Below are positions 39,101 through 48,646 of a DNA stretch of 64,000 nucleotides, one piece after another. Positions within the stretch are counted from its first letter, which is position 1, and each line of letters starts with the position of its first letter. Origin of the DNA: Escherichia phage vB_EcoS_ESCO40. The DNA lies in the sequence record NC_106514.1. The stretch is one strand, 5' to 3'. The notes beneath the pieces are model-generated. The model was not told where the DNA came from. It saw only the letters and a list, made by a program, of their open reading frames with translations, and ran no database searches. Both the position numbers and the translations under genes were made by a program.

Positions 39101-39830
39101 CATATCCGGCAGCTTCTTGTAGTGATCTAGCAAGAGACTGAACAGGAGTACCTGTCTGAGTACCTACTATAACACCAAATTTTTCTAGACGATTTAGCTG
39201 GTCACCTAGTTTAAGTTGTTCGAATGCAGATTGCAAAACGAAGATGTTGGAAGCAAGAGCTGCGTACATAATAGGTAAACTACCACCTATCTTAGCCATT
39301 GCTGCAAAATCACGAGTTGCACCGCGTGCTGAACCAGAAGTATTACCAATAGCTCTAGAAGCCCTACCAGCAGCACCAGTAGTATCATTAAAGCCTTTAG
39401 TTGTACCACCTAAAGCTCTATTAGTATCGTATAACCTATCTTGAACTTTCTCTGTTGCAGATGCAACATCATTACCCATTGCTTTAACAGATCTAGAAAC
39501 CCCATCGAATCCAATTTCTAGCTTATCTGTTACTTCAATAAGTTGAATAGCCAGGTAATCTAGCTTATCACCAATACCCTCAATGGATTTAGTGATACCA
39601 GCCATACCCCTACTAGCTTGCATTTTAGTAAGACTTTTTGCTGCCCTGTCTGCTGCCCTCTCAATGGAGTATAGAGTTTTGGGCATTTTACCTAACTGTT
39701 CATTTGTCAGTTCGGAAGCAGCAGCAGCATTTTCTAATGCATCAGATACGTTTTCAATAGACTTCGCAGTACGGGTTGCCCCTTTCTGTTTAACGTCTAT
39801 TAGTAATTCTCGTATTAGCTTATCAGTCAT
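36147..39830 (-). CDS. tail tape measure protein (pb2-like)
   Basis: 1227 aa, largely coiled-coil/Ala-Gln-rich with Gly-rich C-terminal region; position between tail tube and distal tail genes. Confidence 0.8.
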   Translation of the reverse strand: MTDKLIRELLIDVKQKGATRTAKSIENVSDALENAAAASELTNEQLGKMPKTLYSIERAADRAAKSLTKMQASRGMAGITKSIEGIGDKLDYLAIQLIEVTDKLEIGFDGVSRSVKAMGNDVASATEKVQDRLYDTNRALGGTTKGFNDTTGAAGRASRAIGNTSGSARGATRDFAAMAKIGGSLPIMYAALASNIFVLQSAFEQLKLGDQLNRLEKFGVIVGTQTGTPVQSLARSLQEAAGYAISFEEAMRQASSASAYGFDAEQLEQFGLIARRAAAVLGVDMTDALNRVIKGISKQEIELMDELGITIRLNDAYADYVKQLNAANTGITYNINSLTTFQKQQAYAKAAIAESTKQFGYLDEVLRATPWEQFAANADAALRTIQQAAAKYLGPVIDAINTVFYTSQASVSAEAARAQEKTNRQIDPTNVGAVALSLAASEEGYNKALDMYKESLDKRNKLKSEFDKRMEQADFYTRLAIRQVGEGIPVGLAAAGASEANKKFVEETAAMGLQVTRLGKEVEDSTENLNAWKSAYQAAGAAAAKANPEFQKQINLQRDTTDPGAVYDFNSTVLKGLTEQQKAYNQTKKTASDLANDIQNVAQNTDTAAKTSATLADAIKNIESLSLGTGKSADEYVKNLNLGYNTLSEMKTASQALSEYVKLTGNETKNQLAVQQKIADVYNQTKDKEKAQEAGRRLELQQLEEQEAALRRVLKTNQGNKAVEKEIEKIQLEKLKLTNQGMEAQKKVKDYTDKILGVDREIALLNNRTMTDTQYRLAQLNLELTIEKEKYEWYTKQADKQKEAEQSRRAQAQIEREIWKFRQDQQAEMTRKRQEAFENTLTSMFPLAGEMQKMEMQLDFYTQMKELTKGNANEQMRWNAEIAKTRAQMSALTAQRNAQMQASVGSSLGAVYTPTTGLSGEDKKFADMGNQLASYDQAISKLSELNSEATAVAQSMGNLANAMIQFSQGSLDTTSTIAVGMQTVASMIQYSTSQQVSAIDQAIAAEQKRDGKSEASKAKLKKLEAEKLKIQQDAAKKQIIIQTAVAVMQAATAVPYPFSIPLMVAAGLAGALALAQASSASSMSSIADSGADTTSYLTLGERQKNIDVSMSANAGELSYVRGDQGIGNANSFVPRAEGGNMYPGVSYQMGEHGTEVITPMIPMKATPNDELKNSSNSTSGRPIILNISAMDAASFREFASSNSGALRDAVELALNENGASLKTLGNS

Positions 39831-39847
39831 AATTTATTTTTCCCAAT

Positions 39848-39878
39848 AAAAAAGGCTCTGGGCAAATCACCCAGAGCC
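39848..39878 (-). terminator. intrinsic terminator / hairpin module
   Basis: GGCTCTGGG/CCCAGAGCC stem followed on the minus strand by TTTTTTATTGGGAAAAATAAAT and then the tape measure ATG. Confidence 0.65.
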
Positions 39879-39912
39879 AAGCCTCATCGTGGAACGCCCA
39901 TTGGAGGAAACC

Positions 39913-40281
39913 TTACCGTGCTCGAGATTTGGCATGTGGCTTAACGTTAGGTATTCTACCGTTTTGCGGCTTATGCTTCTCAGCACGTTTACGTGCAGCG
40001 TCTACAGCTTTAGCATCAAATATATTGATAATGTGTAGAACAAATTCTTTTTCTATAGGATCAGTAATCCCATAAATATCAAATAAAACACCTAAAGCAG
40101 CTTTGTCTTTACCTATAAAGATAGGGAAGTCACCAGGTATGAAACAGTCAACTAGACTATTATAAATATTCATACTAATAGCTACAATAGGTGGAAAGTC
40201 TTCAAGTTCAACAGGCATAGCCTTAGGATCAGGTTCTATACCCATTGACTCACAAAGTATTAGATATTGTTGTTTAGTCAT
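39913..40281 (-). CDS. hypothetical tail assembly protein (122 aa)
   Basis: Position immediately upstream of the tape measure gene. Confidence 0.4.
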   Translation of the reverse strand: MTKQQYLILCESMGIEPDPKAMPVELEDFPPIVAISMNIYNSLVDCFIPGDFPIFIGKDKAALGVLFDIYGITDPIEKEFVLHIINIFDAKAVDAARKRAEKHKPQNGRIPNVKPHAKSRAR

Positions 40282-40342
40282 TTTAGATGCTGAGCTTTTA
40301 ATACACTTATCTGCAAAATCAGCAACAGCATCTAGTAATTCT

Positions 40343-40762
40343 TTACGCTTTTGAGCTACGAAAAGTATCTAAGTGGAACACTGTCTGGTTGATCCAAGAA
40401 TCAAACGCAGCAGAGTTCTGCATAAGCATTACAGCATTATCACGACTAAATGGAACTTCAGTAGCAGGATCAGCATCTGTTTCAATCAGCATCAGTTTTT
40501 CAACGTCACCTACAGTCAAACCAGTCCAACCTTTAATTGCAGCATCAACGAAAGCTTCGATAAACTTATCGTCATCCTGTACTTGAATTAGAGTACCATT
40601 AACCCACTCATCGCGTTTGGCAGAAGAGACAACACGTTTAGAAGTAGCACGAGACATGTAGTTAAGCTCTAGCTTAAAGTTTGGCATACCTGGGTATGAA
40701 AGAGTAATAGTACGGGTATCAAGAGTAATATCTTTTAAATTAATCATTTTTAATTTCTCCAA
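40343..40762 (-). CDS. hypothetical tail protein (139 aa)
   Basis: Position between tail tube and tape measure genes. Confidence 0.4.
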   Translation of the reverse strand: MEKLKMINLKDITLDTRTITLSYPGMPNFKLELNYMSRATSKRVVSSAKRDEWVNGTLIQVQDDDKFIEAFVDAAIKGWTGLTVGDVEKLMLIETDADPATEVPFSRDNAVMLMQNSAAFDSWINQTVFHLDTFRSSKA

Positions 40763-41642
40763 AGAAATCTATTCTCACTGGGTCTGAAGAAGCAGTAGGT
40801 ATAATATCCCACTCAACTTTATACACATCTGAGAAATCTAGGCGTTTTGTAATACGTGCTAAAGGAAAATCTATAGAAATATTATTATTTCTTATATTTA
40901 AAGGTACATCGGTTTCTGGTTCAATATTGTAAACCATATCTCCAGCAAAACGTTTTAAGTAATATAGAGAAATGGTTGCTGAAGCATTCATTTCATTTAC
41001 ATAGGCTCTTTTATTATTATAGATTTTATTTATATCAAAAACACTCTTATCTTCTCTCCAAGAGCATTGCTGTTGAAAAGATAAAGAAGCGGAAATAAGG
41101 CCAGGTAAGATGCTACCGTTAGTAGAAACTATTACCGGGCTATAAGACATTGCTTCACCTTGTATAATAGAAGCTGCTTCTCTATATGTAGATACCTCGG
41201 AAAATTTCCCTGATTCAATACCAACGTTAAGAATTGGTATATTCTTATCTAAAGAAAAATCTACAGTAGATACATAGCAGTTCTCAAAGTATACACAGTT
41301 ATTATCTTTATTTACTATATAGATATTAAACATAATAGGTTCAATATTGTTACTATATAGTGGTAGTAAGAAAGTATTACCTTTTCTATCAAAACCTAGC
41401 CATTCGAAAAAATTAGCTTCAGTAAGCGTATTACTAAAATTTACTGCTAGAGAGATAGAAGAAGGAGTTTGAGCATTTATAATAGAGTCTGCATAGTTAG
41501 TTCTACGATGAATAGTCCTACGAAGGGTCTTAAATTCTTCGTAGGAGGTTTGTACATCATAGTTTGATAGGGCATCAAAATGAAATGCCCTACCATCATA
41601 CTCAACTATAACTTTTGACTCTCGCATTAGAGAGTAGTACAT
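40740..41642 (-). CDS. hypothetical tail protein (300 aa)
   Basis: ORF directly downstream of the tail tube gene. Confidence 0.45.
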   Translation of the reverse strand: MYYSLMRESKVIVEYDGRAFHFDALSNYDVQTSYEEFKTLRRTIHRRTNYADSIINAQTPSSISLAVNFSNTLTEANFFEWLGFDRKGNTFLLPLYSNNIEPIMFNIYIVNKDNNCVYFENCYVSTVDFSLDKNIPILNVGIESGKFSEVSTYREAASIIQGEAMSYSPVIVSTNGSILPGLISASLSFQQQCSWREDKSVFDINKIYNNKRAYVNEMNASATISLYYLKRFAGDMVYNIEPETDVPLNIRNNNISIDFPLARITKRLDFSDVYKVEWDIIPTASSDPVRIDFFGEIKND

Positions 41643-41646
41643 TTAT

Positions 41647-43053
41647 TTATTCACCAGCACTAACTGTGATAGTTTTAGTACCTTTTACGCCAGAACCGTC
41701 TTTAGCTACAGCCTTCACAATAACTTCGCCCGTTTTAGAAACATCAGCAGTTAATAGTCCAGATTCGGCATCAATCGTAGCGGCATCACCACTAGAAATA
41801 GACCAAGTCACAGCCTTATTAGTAGCTTCTGGAGGGGTTACCTCAACAGACATCTGTAAAGTATTACTATTTGTTACAGAAGTAGCATCAGCAGCAGATT
41901 TAACTGTGATTGATTCGACCAGTTTTGGTGGAGTTTTAGCACCATCCCCCGTAGCAATCAGATTAGCCACAGTAGTTTTTGTATACTTGTTAGAAAATCC
42001 AAGATAACCTTCGTCACCAGTATCCAAATCTGTAGGAATAGCCTTAAACTCTACTGAAGTACCAAGTACATCATCAGTCTCAATAGTAGGAATGTTAACG
42101 TGCGCCTGTTTAGCAACTAACACAGCTGCCGGACGTTCATCATCATATTCACCACCAAGGATAAGTGCAATCTCAAACCTGTTAACTACCTTAAGAGTTT
42201 TAATTAGATCTTTATATAATTCCATAGATCCTAGAGCTTTATCGTTAAGGTATGCTGTTAGAGAACCAGTTAATTCAAATGCACCCGTAAATGAGCCGAT
42301 TGGAATATTTACACGTGACATAATATTCGGGGTTAGATACGTGATGTTGTTATTAATGGTAAAAGTACCACCAGTAATAGGAATATCATATGCCTTATCA
42401 GAATCCATATCCTTAATTTTTAGGATAGTTAACTTGTTCTTAATGTAAGAACTCTGAATAGTCATGTAGGTTTCATCATCAATACCTAATGCATCTGGAT
42501 CAAATGGTTGGCTATCTAACGGAATGAGCTGATTACCATTACCAGACCAAGTTACACGACCAATATCTTCAATATCAACGTTAACTTCTGCCTGGTTGAT
42601 CTGGCAAGAGTCAATATAGCTCCATGCTTTGTCAGTAAGAATGTAGATGTGCAGCATAGCCAACTCATGATAAGAGTTATCTTTAAAGTTAACCATGAAG
42701 TTAGCTTCATTATTATGCGCACCTGTGTCTCCCTCAAGGTTTAACGCTTTACCACTAGAAAGAGCATGCCATAACATGTAGTCGGGAACAATCTGTTTAT
42801 TAGAGGTTTTATCCTTGTATGGCAGGATATAAGTAGAAAAACTCCACTCAGCCGCATTCAAGGAATCGTTAAAACGTTTAGAACCACGAGTAGGACGCGG
42901 ACCAGCTTCGTTAACAGTAATATCTGTTGAGTTGCTGTCCTGACCCCAAGAAATATCATCCTGAACTAGAATCTCTTGCGTGTTGGTCTTATTGTGACCA
43001 GTCTTAACCGTAGACACGAAGATTCGAGTATTACGTAATAGTTGTAAAGACAT
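41647..43053 (-). CDS. major tail tube protein (pb6-like) with C-terminal Ig-like domain
   Basis: 468 aa; C-terminal TVKSAADATSVTN...VTWSISSGDAATID...GEVIVKAVAKDGSG BIG2-like segment. Confidence 0.75.
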   Translation of the reverse strand: MSLQLLRNTRIFVSTVKTGHNKTNTQEILVQDDISWGQDSNSTDITVNEAGPRPTRGSKRFNDSLNAAEWSFSTYILPYKDKTSNKQIVPDYMLWHALSSGKALNLEGDTGAHNNEANFMVNFKDNSYHELAMLHIYILTDKAWSYIDSCQINQAEVNVDIEDIGRVTWSGNGNQLIPLDSQPFDPDALGIDDETYMTIQSSYIKNKLTILKIKDMDSDKAYDIPITGGTFTINNNITYLTPNIMSRVNIPIGSFTGAFELTGSLTAYLNDKALGSMELYKDLIKTLKVVNRFEIALILGGEYDDERPAAVLVAKQAHVNIPTIETDDVLGTSVEFKAIPTDLDTGDEGYLGFSNKYTKTTVANLIATGDGAKTPPKLVESITVKSAADATSVTNSNTLQMSVEVTPPEATNKAVTWSISSGDAATIDAESGLLTADVSKTGEVIVKAVAKDGSGVKGTKTITVSAGE

Positions 43054-43079
43054 TTAATTATTTTCTCCTAATCTGTAAC

Positions 43080-43565
43080 TTATCTGCGAAGTGACCTACG
43101 TGGAGGCTGATACCTCACTGTTACATTTATTTCTGCTAAACCATATGGGGCCAGTAGACCCTCATCTGTACTAACTGATGTAATGCTCATATCAGTCGCC
43201 TCACATGGGAAGGTCGATCCATTAGGTTTACTAACAGTATATTCTAAATTTCCACCTGTGTCAATAACGGTTTTTATATCCGCTACGAGTTTTTCAAGTT
43301 GCTCTTGAATGTCTGTTTTCTCTTTATCGTACACCAGGATTGGAAGTTCTAAAAACATCCACTGTTGGCCTGAAGGAAGATACTGCCCAGTTTCAGTTCC
43401 GATATGAACTGCAACATAAGGAAACTCTCGTATCTCCTCAAACTTATAAGTTTGACGTGAGACGTTTCCATACAAGTTATTAAAATATTCATCTGGTTGA
43501 GAGCCATCCATTTGTTTGGCTATTCGGTCAACCAGAGCTTGTGCTATACTTGTTCTGTGATCCAT
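43080..43565 (-). CDS. tail completion protein
   Basis: 161 aa; position between neck and tail tube genes. Confidence 0.45.
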   Translation of the reverse strand: MDHRTSIAQALVDRIAKQMDGSQPDEYFNNLYGNVSRQTYKFEEIREFPYVAVHIGTETGQYLPSGQQWMFLELPILVYDKEKTDIQEQLEKLVADIKTVIDTGGNLEYTVSKPNGSTFPCEATDMSITSVSTDEGLLAPYGLAEINVTVRYQPPRRSLRR

Positions 43566-43568
43566 TTA

Positions 43569-44336
43569 TTAGGTTCCTTGATTAACCTTAATTTTGTATC
43601 TGGAGTGAATTAAGTCTCTTGCAGCTTTAGCTATCGCCTCTCCAATTAGTCTTTGAGGATTTCTAGCACCTGGGTAGGGTCGTAATGACAATCTTCGATA
43701 TGTAGATACTGCAGGATTAAATACTGAATATGGACGTACCATATAATTATATGTAACATTTAATTCAGGAGCACCTTTGCTAGTTCCAGCATCTCTAAGC
43801 ATAACATCTTTAACTTTTAGAGAATTTGCAAAACGACCTGTTCTAAATTTAAGTGGAGCTCCTGCTTTTTTCATATCCTTTATTAAGTATTCTTTAGCAA
43901 CCAACTCCAGAATAACCTTCATATTACTATTTGACACAAAACGACCAGAAGCACCGGTTACTGCACCAGAATATCCGTCTTCTACATCTCTAGGATCCCC
44001 AAAGTTTACCTCTACTCTACCAGTAGAGCGTTTTTTACCTACAGAAGATTTCTTGCCTGCGGTTGATTGAATAAGGCTTTCTAAAGCCCCTAGATCTCCT
44101 GTTAGGTCTAAGCTAGAAGAAACTGCTTTTAGAATAGAGGCTGTCCTAACACTAAGGAGATCCTGTGATACCGGTTTTGAGAATTTAAAAGATACTTGAG
44201 CAACAGTACCATCTCTAGTGGGATCTTTTAATCCTGTTTCAACAGAATATACAACAGTATTCTTATTGTTCTCGGAACGTCCAACATTATCTAGCTGCTC
44301 CTTAATAATTTGTGTAGCTAAATCAGAAAGAGACAT
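43569..44336 (-). CDS. neck / tail terminator protein
   Basis: 255 aa; position in the head-tail joining cluster. Confidence 0.4.
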   Translation of the reverse strand: MSLSDLATQIIKEQLDNVGRSENNKNTVVYSVETGLKDPTRDGTVAQVSFKFSKPVSQDLLSVRTASILKAVSSSLDLTGDLGALESLIQSTAGKKSSVGKKRSTGRVEVNFGDPRDVEDGYSGAVTGASGRFVSNSNMKVILELVAKEYLIKDMKKAGAPLKFRTGRFANSLKVKDVMLRDAGTSKGAPELNVTYNYMVRPYSVFNPAVSTYRRLSLRPYPGARNPQRLIGEAIAKAARDLIHSRYKIKVNQGT

Positions 44337-44848
44337 TATACTCTCCTGTAAACTTCAATAATAGTACGAATATGCTCTGGAATACCAGACTTAGTATTAT
44401 TAAAGGTAACTGTTTCTCCGCCAATTGTTTTAGCTTGACGGTAATCCTGTTTATGCCAATGATCTACTAGCATACATGCTGCAAGTTTGAGATCTTCAGG
44501 AATTGGGTTAAATCCACCTTGTGTGTATTCTACATCCATATAACCTTCCGGAGGATTAAATTTAAGAAGTATAACCCCATCAGAATACAACTTATACTGT
44601 TTGGGATCTATCTCCTTATCATTAATAGTCATTTTAGTTACTGAAGTAGCCGAGGGAGAACTTAAGAAGTATTTTTTACGAGTAGGTTTTGTATTGATTA
44701 ACTGGTCTACCGCATCAGCATCATCCATACCTAAGAGGCTAGTAATCAGCGCGTTGGCAGCAGTAATCATCATCTCTACTCCAGATTCTAGTTCCGGTCG
44801 TTTTAACCCGCCGTATAGTCTATAGTCTTCAGCTGTGATTATTTGCAT
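44336..44848 (-). CDS. head completion protein
   Basis: 170 aa; first gene after the capsid terminator module. Confidence 0.4.
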   Translation of the reverse strand: MQIITAEDYRLYGGLKRPELESGVEMMITAANALITSLLGMDDADAVDQLINTKPTRKKYFLSSPSATSVTKMTINDKEIDPKQYKLYSDGVILLKFNPPEGYMDVEYTQGGFNPIPEDLKLAACMLVDHWHKQDYRQAKTIGGETVTFNNTKSGIPEHIRTIIEVYRRV

Positions 44849-44862
44849 TTATTTTTCCCAAT

Positions 44863-44889
44863 AAAAAAGGAGAGCCGAAGCTCTCCTTA
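44863..44889 (-). terminator. intrinsic terminator / hairpin module after the capsid gene
   Basis: GGAGAGC-CGAA-GCTCTCC hairpin followed on the minus strand by TTTTTTATTGGGAAAAATAAAT and then ATG. Confidence 0.7.
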
Positions 44890-44907
44890 TCGGCTGAAAA
44901 GCCTGTA

Positions 44908-46284
44908 TTAAGATGCAGCGTAAGTACCAGATACAACGCCATTATTAAAGTAACGTTGCAGGTTAACACGCTGAGTAACGTAGTATGCATCACGCTGTTT
45001 ACCAGCTTGGCGCTCACGTTCAACAGTAACAGCACGCTGACGCGGCATTACGAAGTTATCTTTATAAACAATAACTGCGAACTCTGCTGAGTTAGCTTTA
45101 GCTGGGAAGAATTCAGAAACTACAACCGGCAGACCGTAAATACGACCAACTTGACCTTGCAGTTTAACAGCATCGTTACCAACCTGTGCAACATCCTGCC
45201 ATTCTTCATCTTCCAGCAGATCGTAGTAAGCATCCATAGATACGATCAGTACCAGCTTGCTTAGTTTCAGACCATGACGGCCCAGTTTACGACGCAGTTT
45301 AGAGATAGTCTTAGCGGTTACCTTTACGGAACCGTCAGCTTTAGCTTCTGTGACAACCTTAGCACTATCTTCACTAGCAAGGGTCAACAGACCTTTCGGC
45401 TTACCAGAACCATCACCAGTCATAAATGCTTCTTCGATAGAAACAGCGTGTGCTTCAATCAGACGTTTACGCAGCAGCGGTAGCAGAGAGAAGATTGCAT
45501 CTTCTTCAGTTTCATCAGTAATAAAGGACTTAGCAGCCAGTTTGTAGGTTTTAAAACTAATTTCAGTTAATGTACCTTTAACTTCGTTACCAGTAGTATT
45601 GTCAGTACCATAAGCGGAAGCATCTACCCAAGTAGCTTTACCAGCTTCTGGTTCAACCAGCATAGTAAGAATCTTACTAGACATCGGCAGTTCTTCGAAC
45701 AGTGCGCCAACTACCAGTTCTTTCTGCAGGTCACGAATGATACGGGTAGAGAAAATAGTTTCGTAGTTTTCGCTAGAAACCTGAACTGAGGAAGAAGAGT
45801 TTACAGCTTTAAGGTGATTCTGACCATGTTCAGTTTCGAATACGCCTTTTTCCATTACATAAGATAACAGAACCAGTTTTTCAACTTCATCTTCAAAGGC
45901 TTCCTGAGTACCGTACAGTGCTTTAGCAACACTATCACCAACGAAGGAACGACCTTCACGAGCTGTCAGCAGGGATTTGATTTCGTCCTGAAGACCAACA
46001 ATAGTTTCCTGCTGTTTTTCTACAGTTTGTGCAAACAGTTCTGCGCTCTTCTTAGATTTTTCATCCAGGGATTTAACCAGTTCCAGAGCTTCTTCCAGAC
46101 GCTTACGGTCTTCGCCAACTGCTTTAGAAACCAGGTCATTCATACGAGCCAGTTCTTTTTCTTCCTGCTCTTTACGCATACGTTCAGCTTCCTGAGCTTT
46201 CTGAGCAGCGGTCAGACCTTCCAGAGATTTAGCCAGATCACCCAGACCAAGTTCTTCTTTCAGCTTATTAATATCAATAGTCAT
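44908..46284 (-). CDS. major capsid protein precursor (pb8-like)
   Basis: 458 aa; N-terminal coiled-coil scaffold-like domain then HK97-fold-like body; host-preferred codon usage. Confidence 0.85.
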   Translation of the reverse strand: MTIDINKLKEELGLGDLAKSLEGLTAAQKAQEAERMRKEQEEKELARMNDLVSKAVGEDRKRLEEALELVKSLDEKSKKSAELFAQTVEKQQETIVGLQDEIKSLLTAREGRSFVGDSVAKALYGTQEAFEDEVEKLVLLSYVMEKGVFETEHGQNHLKAVNSSSSVQVSSENYETIFSTRIIRDLQKELVVGALFEELPMSSKILTMLVEPEAGKATWVDASAYGTDNTTGNEVKGTLTEISFKTYKLAAKSFITDETEEDAIFSLLPLLRKRLIEAHAVSIEEAFMTGDGSGKPKGLLTLASEDSAKVVTEAKADGSVKVTAKTISKLRRKLGRHGLKLSKLVLIVSMDAYYDLLEDEEWQDVAQVGNDAVKLQGQVGRIYGLPVVVSEFFPAKANSAEFAVIVYKDNFVMPRQRAVTVERERQAGKQRDAYYVTQRVNLQRYFNNGVVSGTYAAS

Positions 46285-46301
46285 TTTTAAATAATTCTCC
46301 G

Positions 46302-46934
46302 TTATTCTTTAACGTAGCCTAAAGCTATCGCAAGTTTTTCTAGTTCAGAAAGATTACGTTCTTGAGCTGGGACAGCTTTAGAACTTATTGCAGTAAAAGA
46401 TTTACGCCATTCAGTATAATCATGACCATTCATGCTCTTAGCGAGATTGAACGTTGAGTCCTGATTACAAGGTACAGAAACTACCGAAACTTCGTATAGT
46501 TCTAAATCTTTAATAATAAATATATCAGTAGCTTCATCCCACTCTGCATCTAGGCAGCGGAATCCGATACTAAAAGTTTTCAGTACACCGTTTTTAATTA
46601 GTGAAAAGATAGCCGGGTCAGAACTTTCATAGATCTCGCATTCGATTTCGAGACCCATTTCAGTAGGGTTAAGATCAATACACTTGCCGATTGGACGACG
46701 ATGATCGTGTCCGAAAAGAATAATCGGGTTTTTCATGTAGTTAGCAAGTGCATTAGATGTTTTCCACGCAGAAGCAGGAATTACATCACCAGCGCGATCT
46801 TTACTAATTGTGTTAGCGAATCCACGGATTTTTACAACACCTTCTTTGGATTCGCTATCAATAGATTTAATATAAGCATCTAAATGAACGGGTGCTGATT
46901 TTAACTTGTTATAGTCAATAGCAGCTTGTGTCAT
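46302..46934 (-). CDS. prohead protease
   Basis: 210 aa; ILFGHDH segment; position between decoration/portal and capsid genes. Confidence 0.7.
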   Translation of the reverse strand: MTQAAIDYNKLKSAPVHLDAYIKSIDSESKEGVVKIRGFANTISKDRAGDVIPASAWKTSNALANYMKNPIILFGHDHRRPIGKCIDLNPTEMGLEIECEIYESSDPAIFSLIKNGVLKTFSIGFRCLDAEWDEATDIFIIKDLELYEVSVVSVPCNQDSTFNLAKSMNGHDYTEWRKSFTAISSKAVPAQERNLSELEKLAIALGYVKE

Positions 46935-46937
46935 TTA

Positions 46938-47432
46938 TTAGCCTCCAGGAACAGTAGGATTAACTGTCACAGCACATGTAGTAGAGTCCTTGCTTACTTG
47001 CTTACTATCTGTTACAGTTACTTTATAGGCTCCAGAATCCTCCGTAGCTGCTGCAGGCTTAGTATAGGTAGCTCCTGAAGCATCCGGAATAGGAGAACCA
47101 TCTTTAGTCCATGCATAAGTATATGGACCAGTACCACCAGTTGCAGTAACAGAAAGTGTTAATGCTGTTCCCTCTTCAACGGACATGCTAGCAGTTAAAT
47201 CTTTAGAAAGAGTTAACGGTGGGGCCGGTGGAGCAGGAGGAACTGCTTTACCATAAGCCTCTACAAATTTCTTCCATACTTTACGGTTAGTATGCGCAGA
47301 TGAAAGTCCTAGTTCTCTACGCAGAAAAGCATAGCTAGGAACATATTTATGCGCAGCAACCGTAGCAAAGAAGATATGAGATTCTGGCAGTTTTTCACCA
47401 AAAATGGTCTTTAGACCATTATAATCAATCAT
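46938..47432 (-). CDS. capsid decoration protein with Ig-like domain (pb10-like)
   Basis: 164 aa; C-terminal LTLSVTATGGTGPYTYAWTKDG...YKVTVTD Ig-like (BIG2) signature. Confidence 0.6.
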   Translation of the reverse strand: MIDYNGLKTIFGEKLPESHIFFATVAAHKYVPSYAFLRRELGLSSAHTNRKVWKKFVEAYGKAVPPAPPAPPLTLSKDLTASMSVEEGTALTLSVTATGGTGPYTYAWTKDGSPIPDASGATYTKPAAATEDSGAYKVTVTDSKQVSKDSTTCAVTVNPTVPGG

Positions 47433-48646
47433 TCTTTATCTCCCTCGGTGGAACCTTGAGGTCTACCACCTTCTTGACCAGATACACCTGTTGCAGAACC
47501 AGCAACGTTAGCAGGAATACGAATCTTATCCATCTGCTCATCATCTAAAGGTTCAAGGTTCAGCTCTAAACGAGCTTCGTTACCAGTCATAATACCATTA
47601 TTAACCAATGAGGTTAAATGTTTAGCCTCAGCTTCTTTATCTGGGGTTAATGCAGCTACCTCCTTAGTATTAGGGGTAATCTTATAACCAAAAAAGAAAG
47701 TAAGAGAACTAGTCAGTTTGTTCAGCATAGGAATGATAGTCATATAATAGAACAATTCGATGTTTGGTCGAATATTCGCATTATTACCACCATCAAGCAG
47801 TACTTGCGGAACACCAAAGGCTAGACAGATAGATTTATTAAATCCTTCGATGTCTTCCTTAAAGTCTAGATCTTTAAAAGAGGATATTTGGGAGTACGGT
47901 TTAGCTTTCATACCACCATCTAGAATCAGGACAGAAGACTGACCCGTACTAGGATTATAATCGAGTTGTAATTCTTCTTGTTTACGCTCACGCAATTTCT
48001 TGTTCAGGATTTCATCCGTCTCAAGAATAAGACCAATCACGGTACCGTTATCGAGGAATTTCTCTTTAAAGTTAAGCATTTTAGAACGCTTCTCGAGAGA
48101 ATCAATAACAGTAGCAACACGAGATTGTCCAGAAATTTGAGAATTTGTGCCACACACGTAACTGTTATCCTTTATAAAGATAATCTCATCTACGCGATAG
48201 TCTATCTGATTATTAAATATAAATTTTTTGATAAACTTATTGGCATCTGCCTCGACCTGCATAAGAGCGGCCGGGACATGGTAAAGCGATGTGCCATCCC
48301 AATAGATGTATGCACAACCTTCAAAAAGTAGGTCAGTGACTACAAGTCTACGGAATGTGCTTATATCCATGAATGGATTAGGTCGTACATTTAAGAGAGT
48401 GTCTAGAGTCTTTGTCTTGATGCCATTGGCATACGTGACAATATTATATTTATCTCCGACAGTATAAGAACACTCCGCCGCACTATCTATAACCATATTG
48501 GCAGTTCGATTGAGAATCTCAATCTTGCTATAGGCTTGTCCAGTGGTAAAAGGCTTACGGTTAGTGCGATGACTAACTGGTTCCATGTCTCTTATAATAC
48601 GTTGACCCGGATTTAACTTTTCAGTAATCCAGCTTTTTAAACCCAT
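47429..48646 (-). CDS. portal protein
   Basis: 405 aa; position between terminase and protease; acidic Gly-rich C-terminus. Confidence 0.75.
   Translation of the reverse strand: MGLKSWITEKLNPGQRIIRDMEPVSHRTNRKPFTTGQAYSKIEILNRTANMVIDSAAECSYTVGDKYNIVTYANGIKTKTLDTLLNVRPNPFMDISTFRRLVVTDLLFEGCAYIYWDGTSLYHVPAALMQVEADANKFIKKFIFNNQIDYRVDEIIFIKDNSYVCGTNSQISGQSRVATVIDSLEKRSKMLNFKEKFLDNGTVIGLILETDEILNKKLRERKQEELQLDYNPSTGQSSVLILDGGMKAKPYSQISSFKDLDFKEDIEGFNKSICLAFGVPQVLLDGGNNANIRPNIELFYYMTIIPMLNKLTSSLTFFFGYKITPNTKEVAALTPDKEAEAKHLTSLVNNGIMTGNEARLELNLEPLDDEQMDKIRIPANVAGSATGVSGQEGGRPQGSTEGDKE

Noticed and set aside
39913-40762. Programmed -1 frameshift between the two small genes upstream of the tape measure gene
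   Set aside because: The two ORFs are separated by a 61-nt gap with an in-frame stop and no slippery heptamer before the stop of the upstream gene
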